A stretch of 64,000 nucleotides of DNA from Cyanophora paradoxa CCMP329 (Eukaryota > Plantae > Glaucophyta). Shown here piece by piece: positions 40,660 through 53,468 of the stretch. Each line of letters starts with the position of its first letter. The first letter of the stretch is position 1. The DNA lies in NCBI GenBank assembly GCA_004431415.1, contig QPMI01000428.1, forward strand, positions 1 through 64,000, given 5' to 3'. The translations under genes were made by a program, and so were the position numbers. The notes beneath the pieces are model-generated. The model saw only the letters and a program-made list of their open reading frames with translations, did not search any database and had not been told where the DNA came from.

Positions 40660-43600
40660 CTAGCTATAGGGGCGGGCCGCCCTGCGGAGGGGCCCCGCGG
40701 CCGGGGCGTACCTGGAGCCCCGCCCGAGCCCCGCCTCGCCCAGCGAGAGGGCGAAGCCCGTGGGGGCCGCCCCCACCGCGGGGCCGCCGGCCCGCCCGCG
40801 GCGCCGGGCGCAGGCCCGGGACAGCTGCCGCGCGGCGGCGGCGGCGGTGGCGGCGAAGCTCGAGGCGGGAGAGGGGCGGGGAGCTCGAGGGGCCGGGGCC
40901 GGGGCGCGGGGCGGGGCGGGCGGGAGAGGAGGTAGAGGCGGAGGCGCTCGAGAGAGGCGAGGCGCAGCTCCGCGTAGTGCCGCTCCGACCCCCGCTGCTC
41001 CGGGCCCTGCCGGGGCGCGCGGGATCGAATCCGCGCGGGTCTCTTTCGCCGTTAACGTTGGGGGCGCGCGGGCTCACCTGACCGCCGAAGGCGACGGCGC
41101 TGATGAGAGTGACGGCGCTCAGGGGCCCCGCCTCCCCCGCCCCCGCCCCGGCCCCGGCCCCGGCCCCGGCCCCGCGGCGCGCCGCCGGCTCCACGCGGTA
41201 CCCGTGCACGATCACCCGCCTGTGCGCGCGCGCGGGCGAAGCGAGGCGGGGCTAAGGCCCGGGACGAACGAAGCCAGGGCGGGCAGCGAGGGGGGATTGG
41301 AGAGGGGGGTACGGACGCGCGGGCGAAGCGGGGGTCCTCGTGATGCCGCGTCTCCCGCGTCTCCACCGACGCCTGCAGCACCGTCACACCGGAGCCGCTC
41401 GCGTCCTGCCGGAGGCACGGGAGAAGAAGGTCAGCGGCTGGGCGGGGCGGGGGCAGGCCCCGGGAGGGGGGGGGGCGGGGGGGGGGGAGAGGGGGGGGTA
41501 AAGGCGGGCACCATGGCCATGTGGGTGGCGACGGCTAGCTCCTTGGGGCGCGGCGCCGGCGACCCTGCCGCCGTCGCCTCGGGCGGGTACATCTGAAAAG
41601 AACGAGCGCGTCAGAGGGGAGGGGTGGGGGGACGGGGGAAGGAAGTGGGGGTACCGGGTGCAGGCGGACGAGCTCGACGCGCGTCACGGGGTCGACCTGC
41701 GCGAGCAGCTGCGCGGGGGGAGGGGTACGCGTTCGTCATTGGGAGAGAAAGGAGGGAAGGGAAGGAAGCTTAAGAGAGCGCACCCGGGTGGACTCGATGG
41801 CGTCGTCCCAGCGCTCGCGGCGGGCGGCGTCGAAGATGGCCAGCGCGACGGCCCGCGGCTCGCCCCGCACCCCGCACGCCGCCCGCAGCACCGGCACCGG
41901 CCGCCCCGCCCCGGACCCGGACCCCGGCGCCCCCCCAGCCGCCTCGGGGTCCCCCAGCCTCGCCAGCGCCGGGTCGCCGGACTGCATTGTATTGAAGGCC
42001 CGCGTCAGTTCCGATGGACGCGGGCGGGGCCGGGGCGGGGGTCGGGCGGGCGGGCCTGGGAGGGGAAGAAGGCGGAGGTGGTAGCCTGGCCGGCCCCGGG
42101 GACCTGCAGCGTCTGCCAGGGGATGCCGCCGTCGCACCGCAGCCGCTCGAACCGCGCCGCCGCCTCCTGCAGCGCCGCCCGCGCCGCCTGCGCCCGCCTC
42201 GCCTCAGGCGAGTCGAGGGGAAGGGCGGGGAGGTAGGGGGGGGCCGGACCTGGGCGGTGGGGTCGAGGAGGGCGTCCGGGGCGCGGCGGGAGCCGTCGGC
42301 GACCCCGAGCCACGCCAGCGCCCGCGCCGTCAGCGGCTGCCCCGACGCGAACTGCGGCGCCGCGATCTCAGATGAGGTTCTTTGGTGGGGAGGGAGGGGA
42401 GGGAAAACGTGCCTGGAGGGCCCAGCGGAAGAAGGGCGCGTGGCTGCCCCCCGCGTCCGTCACCAGGCGGAAGATGCCGGAGTACGTGATGAACTCGATC
42501 GGGTGGTTCCTGGGGTACGCGCGCGGCTCGGCTCAGCCCGGAGGGCGCGGAACGGGGGAAGGGACGGGCGGGGTCTGGCTGGCACCGGACGGGGCCGGCG
42601 ATGCCGGGGCCCGTTGCGGTGAGGACGGAGCCGCGGCGGGCGGAGCGGGAGCCCGAAGCCCGCCGCGAGGCCGCCCCGGAGCCCCGCCGCCCCTCCGCCC
42701 CCGCCGCCAGCGTCCGCAGCATCGCCTGCGCGACCCGTCCGCGTCAGCTCCGGCGATGGCGGGAAGCGAAGGGGGCGCAGGCGACGGGGGTACGCGCCTC
42801 GTCGAACTTGACGGAGCCTCCGCCGCGGACGGAGCGCAGCGAGCGCCGCCGCGCCTCCGCCTCCGCCGCCGCCGCAGATGACGAAGAGGCCCCCGGCTCA
42901 GGCGTACCGGCGTCCTGCGCGGGCGGGGCGGGGCGGGCGGCTCGCGCGGGGGCGGGTACATGGAAGGGGGAAGGGAGGGGAAAGGGGTGGGCGTGCCTGG
43001 CAGACGAGGGGCGTGCCGGCGCGGCCGCGGGCGGTGCGGAGGAGGGCGGCGGCGGCCCGCGCGCCGCCGGCCGCGACGCCGCCGGCGGCCGCGCGCCGCG
43101 CGGTGCGCAGCGTCGGGGGCGCGTGGCGGGCCTTCAGGCCGGCGATCGCGAGCGGCGGGGCCGGGCCCCGCGGGAGCGCGAGCGGGCGCCTCCGCCGCCG
43201 CCGCCGCCGTTGGAGGAGAGGCCGGCGCTCCGCTTGCGGGAGCCGTTGCTCGTCTTCCGCCGCCCGCCCGCCGCGCTCACGCCGCTGCTGCGCCGCCGCC
43301 GGCCCGCCCCGCCGCTGGGCCGCCGCCGCGAGGCGCCGCTCGCGCGGCGGCGGAAGGTGCGCGCCCCCTCCACGTCCGTCCCCTCGTCTTCCTCGTCGTC
43401 CTCCTCGAAGCTCCCGTCCTCCTCCGCGTCCTCGTCCTCCTCGCCGCTCTCCCCGCCGCTGCCGGCGGCGGTGCGGTGCGTGCGGCCGCCCCCGCCGCCG
43501 CCCTCGGCCTCCGAAAGGGGGTACGGGGCCGCGAGGTACGGCGAGCGGTGCGTGACCTGCAGCTGCGGCTGCTGGTGCTGACGGTGCGTGGAGTTGGAGC

Positions 43601-44352
43601 GGGAGCGGCGGCGGGCGGTGGCGGGCGCGTGCCCCGGGCCCGGGGCGCGGTGCGTGGCCTCGAAGGCGACGGCCTCGCCGGCGGGCCCGGCGACGGAGCA
43701 GCGCCGCAGCGAGCGCTCGCTCACGAACTCCGTCTCGTGGAACGCCTCGCACTCCAGCATCCCCTGCACCTCGGCTCGGCCCGGCTCGGCGAGGATAGAC
43801 CGAAGGCGAGGGCCGGGGCCCGGGGCGCGCACCGCAATGTCGCCGCTCCGCACGCGGGCGAAGTAGCGCTTGATCTGCGCGGGCGGGCGAGCGGGCGGGC
43901 GGGCGGGCGGGCGGGCGGCGTCGGTCGGGCGGGAAAGAAGAGGAGGAGGAGGGGGAGGGGCGGGGGCGCACGACGGGCCACTCCTGGCCGAGGGCGAGAC
44001 ACACGTCCTCCGCCGCCAGCAGCCGCTCCTTCCGCTGCGCAGACGCGCCGCCCGCCCCGTCAGCCGCGCCCGGCGTGGAAGAGGCCAGGGTGCGAGGGGC
44101 GCCCTCGCCCTCGCTCGCCTTGATGATGAAGCGGATGGGCGGGACGTGCGGGAGGTGCCGGAGGACGGCGACCCGCACGTCGTAGATCTCGCCCGCCGGC
44201 AGGAAGGCGCCGCTCAGCCACAGGTTGTTCTCCGCCGCCCTGCTCTCCTTCCGCCGCGGCTGCACAGCCCCGCGGTACACGTTCGCGCTGCCCCGCTCGG
44301 CCGGCGCCGCCCGCTCGCCGATCGCCGCCCACACCGTCCGCAAGTTCTCCAT
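40660..44352 (-). CDS. Host multi-exon hypothetical protein
   Basis: ATG 44352 (MENLRTVWAAIG...), GC3-rich exons separated by C-rich short introns. No domain was recognised and the 3' end is approximate. Confidence 0.45.
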
Positions 44353-44893
44353 GGCCGCGGCCTCGCCGGCAGCCGCAGGTCGCTCTCCCGCTGCGCTTCC
44401 TCAAGGCGGCTGCGTCGACAGCTCGCTGCGGCGCCGGGCTCTGCCCAATTCGCTTGCTGCGCTGCGCCGCCGGTCGCTCGATCCCCCTGTTGCGCCGATG
44501 GCCGCTCCTGCTGCGCCGCTGCTCGCTCGCTGCGATGCGCGTACGCTAGCTGGCTCGCCCGCTGGGTAGCTGCCAGCTTGCTGGCGCTCGCCCGGTGTAA
44601 TGCGGGCGGAAAACGAAGCGCGCCGGCAGTCATCGCTACGAAACGCCGCGGGTCTGACAAGGTGGCGTACCCCTGCTGGCTAGCTCGCGAGGATAGGCAT
44701 CGCGGATACGAACTCCGGCGCAGCGTTACGTCCATCCAGAACCGCGCGCCGAGCTAGCAAAGCCCGAACCTTCAACGGCAGCCCGCGGTCAGGACGCGCG
44801 ACGCCCAGCAGCGACGTCCGCAGCCCCCGACACGTCACACGCGCCGAAGCAGTCAAGCGATTCTCTGGGGAGCGATCAGAGAGGGCGCGCGCG

Positions 44894-45515
44894 ATGGGCT
44901 GGTCGCTAGCGCTCGCGTTCCTCGCGAGCTTGGCCGTTCTGTTGTGCTGCTTCTGGAGGCGCGACCCGCCAGCGACGTTGACGGAATCCGATGAAAGCTC
45001 GCACGAGACCCATCGCCGCTACAACACGCGCGCGGCCGCCCGGCGGCGAACCGAGGAGTGGGAGGCGGCCGAGTACAGGAGCTCGCCCTCGCAAGCTGTG
45101 GGGAGGCGGCGCTCGGGCCCGGGCGGGCCGGCGCTGACGTGGGCGGCGGTGATGGAGGCGGAGGGAAAGCCGGTGCGCGGCGTGCTGGAGCTTCGCGCGC
45201 GGGGCCCCGCGCACTTCCACCTCTCGCGGGCGCTCGTGCGGGCGGAGGACTCGACGCACGAGGTCGGCCTCCTCGCCTTCTACCTCGACGGCCCGCAGCC
45301 GCCCGGCCTCTCCCGCCTCGCCCCGGGCTCCCGCATCCGCCTCTACAACCCCCGCTTCCATTGGTCCCCGCCCCCGCCCCGCCCCCGCCCCGCCCCCGCC
45401 CCGCCGGTGCTGACCGCCCGCCTGCCTCCCGGGCGCGCGCGCGCGCAGGTTCCTCGACGGGCAGTGGGGCGCCCGCATCGAGGACGACGCCCTCCCTTAC
45501 GTCGAGTTCGGATAG
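44894..45515 (+). CDS. Host small protein, N-terminal hydrophobic anchor, one intron
   Basis: Splicing ~45364-45448 gives ...LYNPRFHW/FLDGQWGARIEDDALPYVEFG*. Confidence 0.65.
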
Positions 45516-45712
45516 CCGCGGAGCCCCTTCCGCGACCCCCCCGCCCCGCCCCGCCGGCGCCGGCGCCGCGCCATCGCACGCATCCGCGAGCCACTTCTTT
45601 GAAGGGATTCGAAAGAGTGTAGCACGTACTAATTATATAAGCACTATGGTTTCGGGTCTGCGGAGCAAAGGGCCCGGGGCTGGGCGCGCGCCGCGTATCG
45701 CCGGGGCCGGGC

Positions 45713-46873
45713 CTAGGGCTTCCTGCCGCCCTTGCCGCCCTTCTGCCTCGAACGCCCGCCCTTGTTCTTGCTGCCGCCGCGCGCCCCGCGGGGCCCCTCG
45801 CCCCCCGCCGCTGCCGTCGCCGCCGGGGGCGCCTCCGCCTGCACCGGCGCCGGCTCCGTGAGCGTCAGCACGCCGGCCGCCGCCGCCGCCGCCGCGACCG
45901 CCGCCGGCGTCGGCCCCGCCTTCGGTGCCGCCGGCGCCTCCGCCACCGCCGCCTCCGCTGCTGCCGCTACCACCGGCTCCGCCGCCGCCTCCTCCTCCTC
46001 CTCCTCGTCGTCGTCGAAGAGGGGGCGGGGCTTGAGGATTGTCTCGAAGGTCCGGAACACGTCGTCCGCGCTGCACCGGGGCGGGCCCGGTCAGAGCGGC
46101 GCCGGCGGATGAGCGCGGCGCGCGCGGGCGGTGCGGCCGGCGGAGGCGCGTGCGCGCCTCTTGTCGGCGTTGACGATGTGGAGGAGCTCGGGGGGGTACT
46201 GCGAGAGGATCGCTTCGTTCGCCGCCTCGAACTGCTCCAGCCGCGTCTTCATCTGAGGGAGGGGAGCGGGAGGGCCGGCGTCAGCCGCCGCCGCGGCTCG
46301 GACGAGGCGCAGAGGGGCCGCGGCCCAGGGCCCTAGGAGGGACGGGACAGCAAGGGGGGTACGGGGGCGCACGGTCTCCTCGTTGTCGTCCGCGCGCTGC
46401 TCGAGCCGCGCCAGCAGCTCCGCGTCGTCCTGGGGGGGGGAGAAGTCAGGGGGGTACAAGTTGTGGGGAGGGGGGGGAGGGCGCGGGCGCGCCTGGGGCG
46501 GGGGGTTGAACTCGAGGTGGTAAATGGTCCCCGTCTGCGGGTCCAGCCGCCGGCCCGTCACCCGCCGCACCAGCACCTGCGCCCCGAGCACCCGTCAGCC
46601 CATTCGAACGGCTCGGCCTCGAGGGGAGGGGGGGAGAGACGAAGGGGGTACGCGGGGCGCCGCGCCTCATTGGGGGCCTCGAAGAGGACGACGCGATCGG
46701 GCTCCCAGCCGGCGGCCCGCAGCGCCGTCGCCTGCTCCACGCTGCGGGGGTACCCGTCCAGGACGACGCCCCGCGCCGCGCAGTCCCACGACGCCAGCCG
46801 CTTCACCACCAGCTCCGCCGTGATCTGCCGCCCCGCGCCCCGCCTCGGCCCGCGCCCGCCCCGGGGGGCGGAG

Positions 46874-46904
<31 letters not shown>

Positions 46905-47858
46905 CGAGGCGGGAGGGAGAGGGGGTACAGGGCACCTCGCCGGGTACGATCCAGCCCATGTCCATGTAGGATTTGATCTTGAGGCCGGTCTCCGAGCCCG
47001 TGGCGACCTCCTCCCTCAGCAGGTCCCCTGCGGCCCGCCGCGCTCGGCGCGGGCGGCGGCGGGGGCGGCGGGGGCGCGGGGGGTACCGGCGCAGACGTGG
47101 ACGTAGCCGAGCTCGGCGGCGACGCGCTTGCACTGCGTGCCCTTGCCGCACGCCGGCGGGCCGATCACGATCACCCGCTTCGCCATCCCTTCCTCCGCCG
47201 CCGCGCCCTTCGCCGCCGCCGCCTGCAGGAACGCCGGCGCCGGCGGCGGCACCTCGCCCGCATCGCCCGCCGCCGCCGCCGCAGCGCCCGCCGCGGTCGT
47301 CGCTGCCGCCGCCGCCGCCGCGGGGCCGGCCTTGGAGGAGCCGACGGAGGCGGCCTTCGTGACGGCGCGCTGGGCCTTCTGCGCGAAGTCGTCGTCCTCG
47401 ATGATCTTGTCCATCACGGAGCCCGCCTCCTCCGAGATGCGCTTGAAGGTCTTATAGGCGCGCCCGGCGGTCCGCGCCACGTCGGTCACGCCCTGCGGCC
47501 CGAAGAGGATGAAGGCGACGACGAAGACCACCACGAGCTCCGCCGAGCCGATGTTGAGGAACATGCGCATTGGCAGCAGGCTCGCCTCCCCGGGGGCCCC
47601 ATGCGCACGCGCGGCGAGGCCGCCGGTCGTGCCGAAGAACCGCCGCTGCAGCGCTCCCGCTTCTTCATCAGAGCCGGTGATCTGGAAGCGCTTTGAAACG
47701 CGGCTGCGCCGGTCGGCGGAGCCCTCGAAGATTATAAGCTCGCTCGGCTGCGCGCCGGTCGGGAGGCCGCGACCGGCCCTCCGCGCGCTGCCTCCATCGA
47801 AGCGGATGCACGCCGGCGACTTGACGCCGTCAGCGAAGACTATCGCCGGGACGAACAT
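45713..47858 (-). CDS. Plastid-targeted Hcf106/TatB-like membrane domain fused to adenylate kinase
   Basis: One frame carries the presequence MFVPAIV...PMRM, FLNIGSAELVVVFVVAFILFGPQGVTDVAR, an Ala linker and GPPACGKGTQ. Later exons give GDLLR, LDGYPRS, GRRLDPQTGTIYH and QRADDNEE. Confidence 0.88.
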
Positions 47859-48051
47859 CACAATCTTCTCCAGCTGCGAACAAAGCAGACTGCGTACCCC
47901 CACGAGTGCAGCGCAACAGCGAGCCCCGCGAGCGACGAGCGAAAAGCACTTAGCTTCGAGACAAAAAGGCGCTTAGCTTAGCTTTGAGCGAGAGAAAGCC
48001 CCGCCGGCTCGCTCCGCGCGGGTTGGGCGGGGGAGAAACCAGCGCGGCGAC

Positions 48052-49527
48052 ATGGCGGAGCAGGCGATCGTCGCGGCGCTGCGGAAGCACCCGCAGGTTC
48101 GCCGGCTCGCTCGGAATGCGCAGCTCGCGCCCCGCTGCCCGTCGCACCCCGCGCCGACCCCGCCGCCCTGCTGCAGGGACTCCTCGATGACGTACTCACC
48201 GCGGAGCTGTCGGGCGTGTCGGTGGACGAGCGGGCGCAGGCGATCAACTCGCTCCTCGTCAAGGCTCGCCCTGCCGCGGCCCCGGCGCGCGCGCGGTGAT
48301 CGCGGCTTCGTGTGACGCCGGGAGCGCAGGGCCGCCTGCAGCTGATGAAGGACGACGCCGGGAACATCGTCTACCGCGAAATCGCCGAGAACGACGCGGC
48401 CAAGTGCGCCGCGCCCGCCCCGCCACGCGCCGCCCGCGGCTGTCTCCCGACGCGGCTGCGCGGGGCAGGTTCGCGGGGCTGGGGCCGGAGGAGCTGGTGG
48501 TCTACCAAGTGATTCAGCAGGCGCAGAACAACGGTGCGGGGCCGCCCCCGCCCCTCTCCGCCGCTCGCCCGCGCCGGCGCCTCGCCCCGCCGACGCCGAC
48601 GCCGACGCGCCGCGAAGGGATCTGGACGAAGGACATCCGCTTCAAGAGCTCGCTGCAGCAGACGCAGGTCACGAAGGCGCTGAAGACCCTCGAGAACCGC
48701 AAGCTCATCAAGGCCGTCAAGTCCGTCGCGGTGCCCTACCCCCCTCCAGCTACCCCCCCCCTCACCCCCGGCCCGAGCCCTCCCTTCGTTCGCAGAGCGC
48801 GAACAAGAAGGTCTACATGCTGTTCGGGCTGGAGCCGTCGCGGGAGCTCACGGGGGGGGCCTTCTACACGGAGGCCGAGTTCGACGCCGCCTTCACCGCC
48901 GTCCTCAACGAGCAGGTACCAGGAAGTGGGGGGGCGAAGAACGTCGGGATCGATTTGCTTACCCCCCCCCCCTCCTTCCCGCAGGTGTTCCAGTTCGTGC
49001 GGTCGAAGGGGTACGCGGCGGTTGAGGACATCGAGAACTTCATCCGCACGTCCGGCATCTCCAAGGCGCGGCCGCACCCCGCCCCGCCCCGCCCCGCCCC
49101 CGTCCCTCCTGAGCGGCCGGCGGCGGGGCAGGTGGAGCTGCGGGGGGAGGACGTGCAGAGCGTGGTGGGGACGCTGCTCTACGACGGCAAGCTCGAGGAG
49201 ATGGCGGGGCCCCGCGCCGCCGCCCTCGCCGTCCGCCCCCCTCTTCTTCTTCCGCTTTCCTCGCGCCAGCTCGCCTCTGAGGCGGGGCGGGTTTCAGGGT
49301 GCGACGCGGGGGGCGGCGATCTACAAGGTCTCCCGCCTCGGCATGCTCCCCAGCGCCCTCACCGCCGTCCCCTGCGGCGTCTGCCCCGTCCGCCCCCGCC
49401 TCCCGCACCCGCCTCCCCCCCTCTCTCTGCCGACGTACCCCCCCGGCAGGTGGCGCACGAGTGCGAGGAGGGCGGGGTCGTCTCGCCGGAGACGTGCCAG
49501 TACTTCGACGAGTGGCTCCAGTACTAG
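48052..49527 (+). CDS. POLR3F: RNA polymerase III subunit RPC6 (C34/RPC39), ~10 exons
   Basis: GIWTKDIRFKSSL...KTLENRKLIKAVKSV...KKVYMLFGLEPSRELTGGAFY...LLYDGKLE...PCGVCP...C......SPETCQYFDEWL (Fe-S cysteines). Confidence 0.95.
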
Positions 49528-50166
49528 GCGCGAGGCGAGCCGGCCGGCCAGCGCGCCGGCGCGGGTGCCACCGTAGCGCCGGCGCGGGGGTCGGCCGGAG
49601 CGTATACGTAGGTTGCAGAGGATAGGCAGGCGGGCAGCAGCTCGCCGAGTCGAGGGGAACTTGGAAACGCGCGCGGCCAGCACAGCCGCGGGGGCGCGAG
49701 GGTGAAGCCTTGAAGCGGGGGGCAGAGGACCTCAGGCGCCGGCCGCGGGGCCCCGCCCGCAGCTGCAGCTGACCGGCGGGGCCCCGGACCCGGGGGCCGG
49801 GACCAGCAGGCTAGGTGCCAGGCCTCGCTGGCTGGACGGCGACCTGGGCCGGGGAGGCATGCAGACTCTAAGATCTAGAGGCCGGCCGCGGGGGCGTGGA
49901 GGCCAGCGCCTGGCAGCCTGGCAGAGCCGCGGGCCGCGGGCCGGGGACAGCTGCATCATCGCATGCCGAGCCCTATTCAATGATTCGGCAACCCTAGGTA
50001 TCATAGTATACGAGAGCGCATGGCATGCAAAGAATCGCATCTTAAGAACTTCGGAAAATTGCTAGCGCTAGCGCTAACACACTGTGAGTCTGTGACAGAA
50101 AGTACGTATATACGCCGCGGCCGCCGGCCGCACCAGTTCACCTACGTATACTATAGGCGCCGGCTA

Positions 50167-50418
50167 CCGTATAACACAATAATATGACGGGCACTTAACT
50201 ATGTCGGTACCAATTTATGTCGCTTCGGACGTGAAATAACGACATAATTTGGGACCGTCATAGTAGGACACTCTCAGTGGTACCCCATACAATTTACCGC
50301 CCCATACAACTTGGCAAGCCTGAAAAGTTCATGACGACATAATTTGGTACCGTCACCAAGAGAAGGGTCAAGTTTTACACCGACATAAATCTGTCAGCCG
50401 TATTTTTGTGTTGCACGG
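50167..50418. mobile_element. MITE with TA TSD (Tc1/mariner-like)
   Basis: ta|ccgtataacacaataata ... tatttttgtgttgcacgg|ta. An internal segment is shared (inverted) with 23891-23928. Confidence 0.7.
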
Positions 50419-50571
50419 TATAGCCTATACTGGCCCTATAGCTATAGCCTATAGCTAGATACTACTAGGCTAGTTGTAACTTGCAATTGTAAGTTGTAAC
50501 TTAAGCTTGTAAGTTGTAAGTTTAACTTGTAACTTATGGCAAGTACTAGTTACTAGTAAATTTCTAAGTTA

Positions 50572-50719
50572 TAATCACAGCTCGTTTTTTTCCCTAATCG
50601 ACTCGACACGCCCGTTATATGGGCATGCGCAAGGGTAGCCGGAGAGCGATTTCGAATTTCAGTTTAACCGGATTTCAGCCGTGTTGGGTCGACCGGTAAA
50701 AAAAAACGAGCTGTGATTA
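50572..50719. mobile_element. Small MITE (20-bp perfect inverted ends)
   Basis: taatcacagctcgttttttt ... aaaaaaacgagctgtgatta. Confidence 0.8.
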
Positions 50720-51039
50720 GTTGTTAGTTTAAGTTAAGGACTGTTTAACAACGTTTTAACTTTAACTTAGTACTAGTTACCGCCGCTTACCGGTACTACT
50801 TGCATAAAACTTTGAAAGTTGCATTCAGTTCTAGTAAGTAACTTCCGAAATAAGCCTTCAAATTCGAGGTTTCGTATTCTGAGCCATTTTCTGACTCCTG
50901 AGAATTTCTGACGCCATCGACCAATGGTACCGGTTCCGCACTGGACCAATGATACCGGTGCCCCTGTGGACCAATGGTACTAGCTGCAGCTGGTGCCGCG
51001 CATGCAGTGGTGCTGGACCACTGCTGGTGCCGCATATAT

Positions 51040-51630
51040 AGGGTTGCCGTTTTAGCGCTAGCTCAAGTTTTAGCAAAGCCACTAAAACTAAAAGTGCGCT
51101 CAAACTTGAGCGTTTTAGCCTAAAACTTGAGTCCATACAAGAGCGCGCCCATCCGATGATCGCGATCGACTCGGGCGACTCGGCGATATCCATTAATGAG
51201 AGAGGGGCGCTGCCTGCGAGGCTTCGACCTAGCTATGTCTCAGCTACTTATATATGCCTTTCCTATATATAGCTACCGGGTTCTGTCTCTAGACACACGA
51301 TTTTCGAGTAATTAAATATTATAAAGAAGTGCGGTCCTGAGGGGGGGTATACGTATACGTAGGCCTTCCAAGGCCAACCGGTACCTAGCCTCAGAAGAGG
51401 TGCTTAACGAGGCACCCTAGCCTCAGAAGGGCTTTATATCCGATGGAAGTACGATTAACACCCGGAATGGGGCGGTTCTGCACCCAGAATAGGGCAGTTC
51501 TGCCATCGGAAACCCCCCCTCCAGCCGCCGTTTTAGCTCAAGTTTTAGCAGGCCAGTAAAACTAAAACTAAAACTAAAACTTGACTAATTATAAAACGCT
51601 CAAGTTTTAGTGCACTCAAACTTGAGCGCG
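51040..51630. repeat. Degenerate DNA-transposon remnant with ctcaagttttag/ctaaaact repeats at both ends
   Basis: It starts tagggttgcc (hAT-like). A ~70-bp block is repeated at 51047 and 51527. Confidence 0.5.
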
Positions 51631-52143
51631 ACTAATATACTACGGCCACGGTGGCCGTGGGCCACCTGCCCGGCCAGGCTGGTGGGCCGGGGGTGGCCCA
51701 GTGTGGTCACTGTACATGTGGTGGGGCTCCTCGTCCAGGTTCCCAGTACTACTACTGTACTAGTATATAGTGCCGCACAGACTGCCGCAGTGCGGCACAG
51801 TGGCCAATGGCCATCACTGATCCTAGGGATCACGACGAGGGAGTCGGAGGGACACGATCGCGCGCGAGAACGCAAGAGATAAGGAGAACGAGCACGAGAA
51901 GAAGTAGCACTAGAGCTAAAGGACACAGCAGGTGCACTACTAGGCTAGAATTATAGAACTAGCAACCGTATATAGCCAGAGACAAAAGACGAAGTAGCAA
52001 CAGTAACGGTCCTACTAACGGACTCCGGGACGAAGCTTTACGGAGAGGAACTTCGGAAGCGGATGACTGTGCACGTGAACTTTGAACTAACGGGCCAGTA
52101 ACGGCCCGGCCGGCGGGCCCCTAGTAGCGGGTACTCAGGCCTA

Positions 52144-52393
52144 CAGTGTAATACTTAATTACCGCGCTGACATAACGTTAACTACTGCGCTACCATATTA
52201 CTGCGCGCGCTCAAAAATTTTAGAACGCACGCGCAGTAATTTGGTAGCGCAGTACGTATTACCCCCTTTGCTAACAAATAATGCATTTTCGAGGCCGATG
52301 GAACGCAGTAATTTGGTAGCGCAGTAAAGCGCCTACCCGCGCAGAAAATTTGGAACGCAGTAATTTGTGGCGCAGTAAATAAGTATTACACGG
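52144..52393. mobile_element. MITE with TA TSD
   Basis: ta|cagtgtaatactta ... taagtattacacgg|ta, with internal gcagtaattt repeats. Confidence 0.8.
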
Positions 52394-52726
52394 TAGGCTA
52401 GCGGCGCCGGCCCGACGTCCGACGCCGGACCGACGGTCGACGTCGACCGTCGGACGATCGAACCCGGTGCACGTGCCACACTGACCGTTGAACCTCGAAC
52501 TTCGGAATTCGCCGAGAGAGTCGGAATGATATCGATCATCATGGCATGATCATCAATGATTCATCATGGATGGCATGATTGGCATCGGATCCCTTTAATT
52601 TGGGCCGACGGTCACCGCCGAGTCACTGAGTCGGCGCCGACTCACCGGGTACGTATCGCCGAGTCGCTGCACTGCCGCAGTGCGGCAGCTGCAGCCTGCA
52701 GCTAGCGCTGCCGCGCGCGCGCTCAG

Positions 52727-53225
52727 TAGTGCTGGGTTCAGTCAGGCTCCACCCCTGACCCAGTCGCTCAGCCCCCCTGACTGTGACTGAATCAGTCAAC
52801 CCGAGGTTCAGTCAGGCTACCGTGCAAAAACTGACGAAAATGACCCGGAAATGATCCAGATGCGATCCATCTAAGTTGCCAAGCACATGTACAGACAGTA
52901 CAGTACGCGGGCAGTAGGGAGTGATTATATTTAGGCGAGCAAAGCTTCAGAACACTGGTGAAAGGAATTCGGCCCCCGTTAGCCTCGTTAGCGCGGGCGG
53001 TTTCGTTCAGATTACGCTGTTTTTCTGGAGGTAAGACGACAGAAGATCCTTTTTAGATCAATCCACGTCGAGCTTCAGATGGAAAAAGCCCACAGGGGGG
53101 CACGCTCCCAGCAGCGTTTTGTATGGGACTGAGAGAACCTCAGTCGGCCAATTTGGTGACTCAGTCGGGTCAGTCAGCCTGGCAGACCCTCTGACTTTGA
53201 CTGACAGTGACTGAACCCAGCCCTA
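52727..53225. mobile_element. hAT-like MITE with perfect 8-bp TSD GCGCTCAG
   Basis: gcgctcag|tagtgctgggttcagtca ... tgactgaacccagcccta|gcgctcag. Confidence 0.9.
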
Positions 53226-53468
53226 GCGCTCAGCGCGCTGCAGCTGCGCATGCCGATCGCGAGTCATTGCCGACTCGAGCTCGGCGAATTCGGAATGATC
53301 ATCGGATCCGTTTGGCGTACGCGTATACGTAGGCTTGGCTGAAGGCTGAAGCTCGCTGATCGCGTTCCGCACATGCCGTAGTACGGGGCGGAAAGTCGCC
53401 GGAAACCCGTCCCGTCCCGCCCGGCCTTCAGAAGGCCTTCAGGCTTCGGCCTTCTGCGCAGCGGCCGT

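Noticed and set aside
40600-49700. Many long Arg/Pro/Gly-rich ORFs on both strands
   Set aside because: These are shadow ORFs of very GC-rich exons and unspliced introns.
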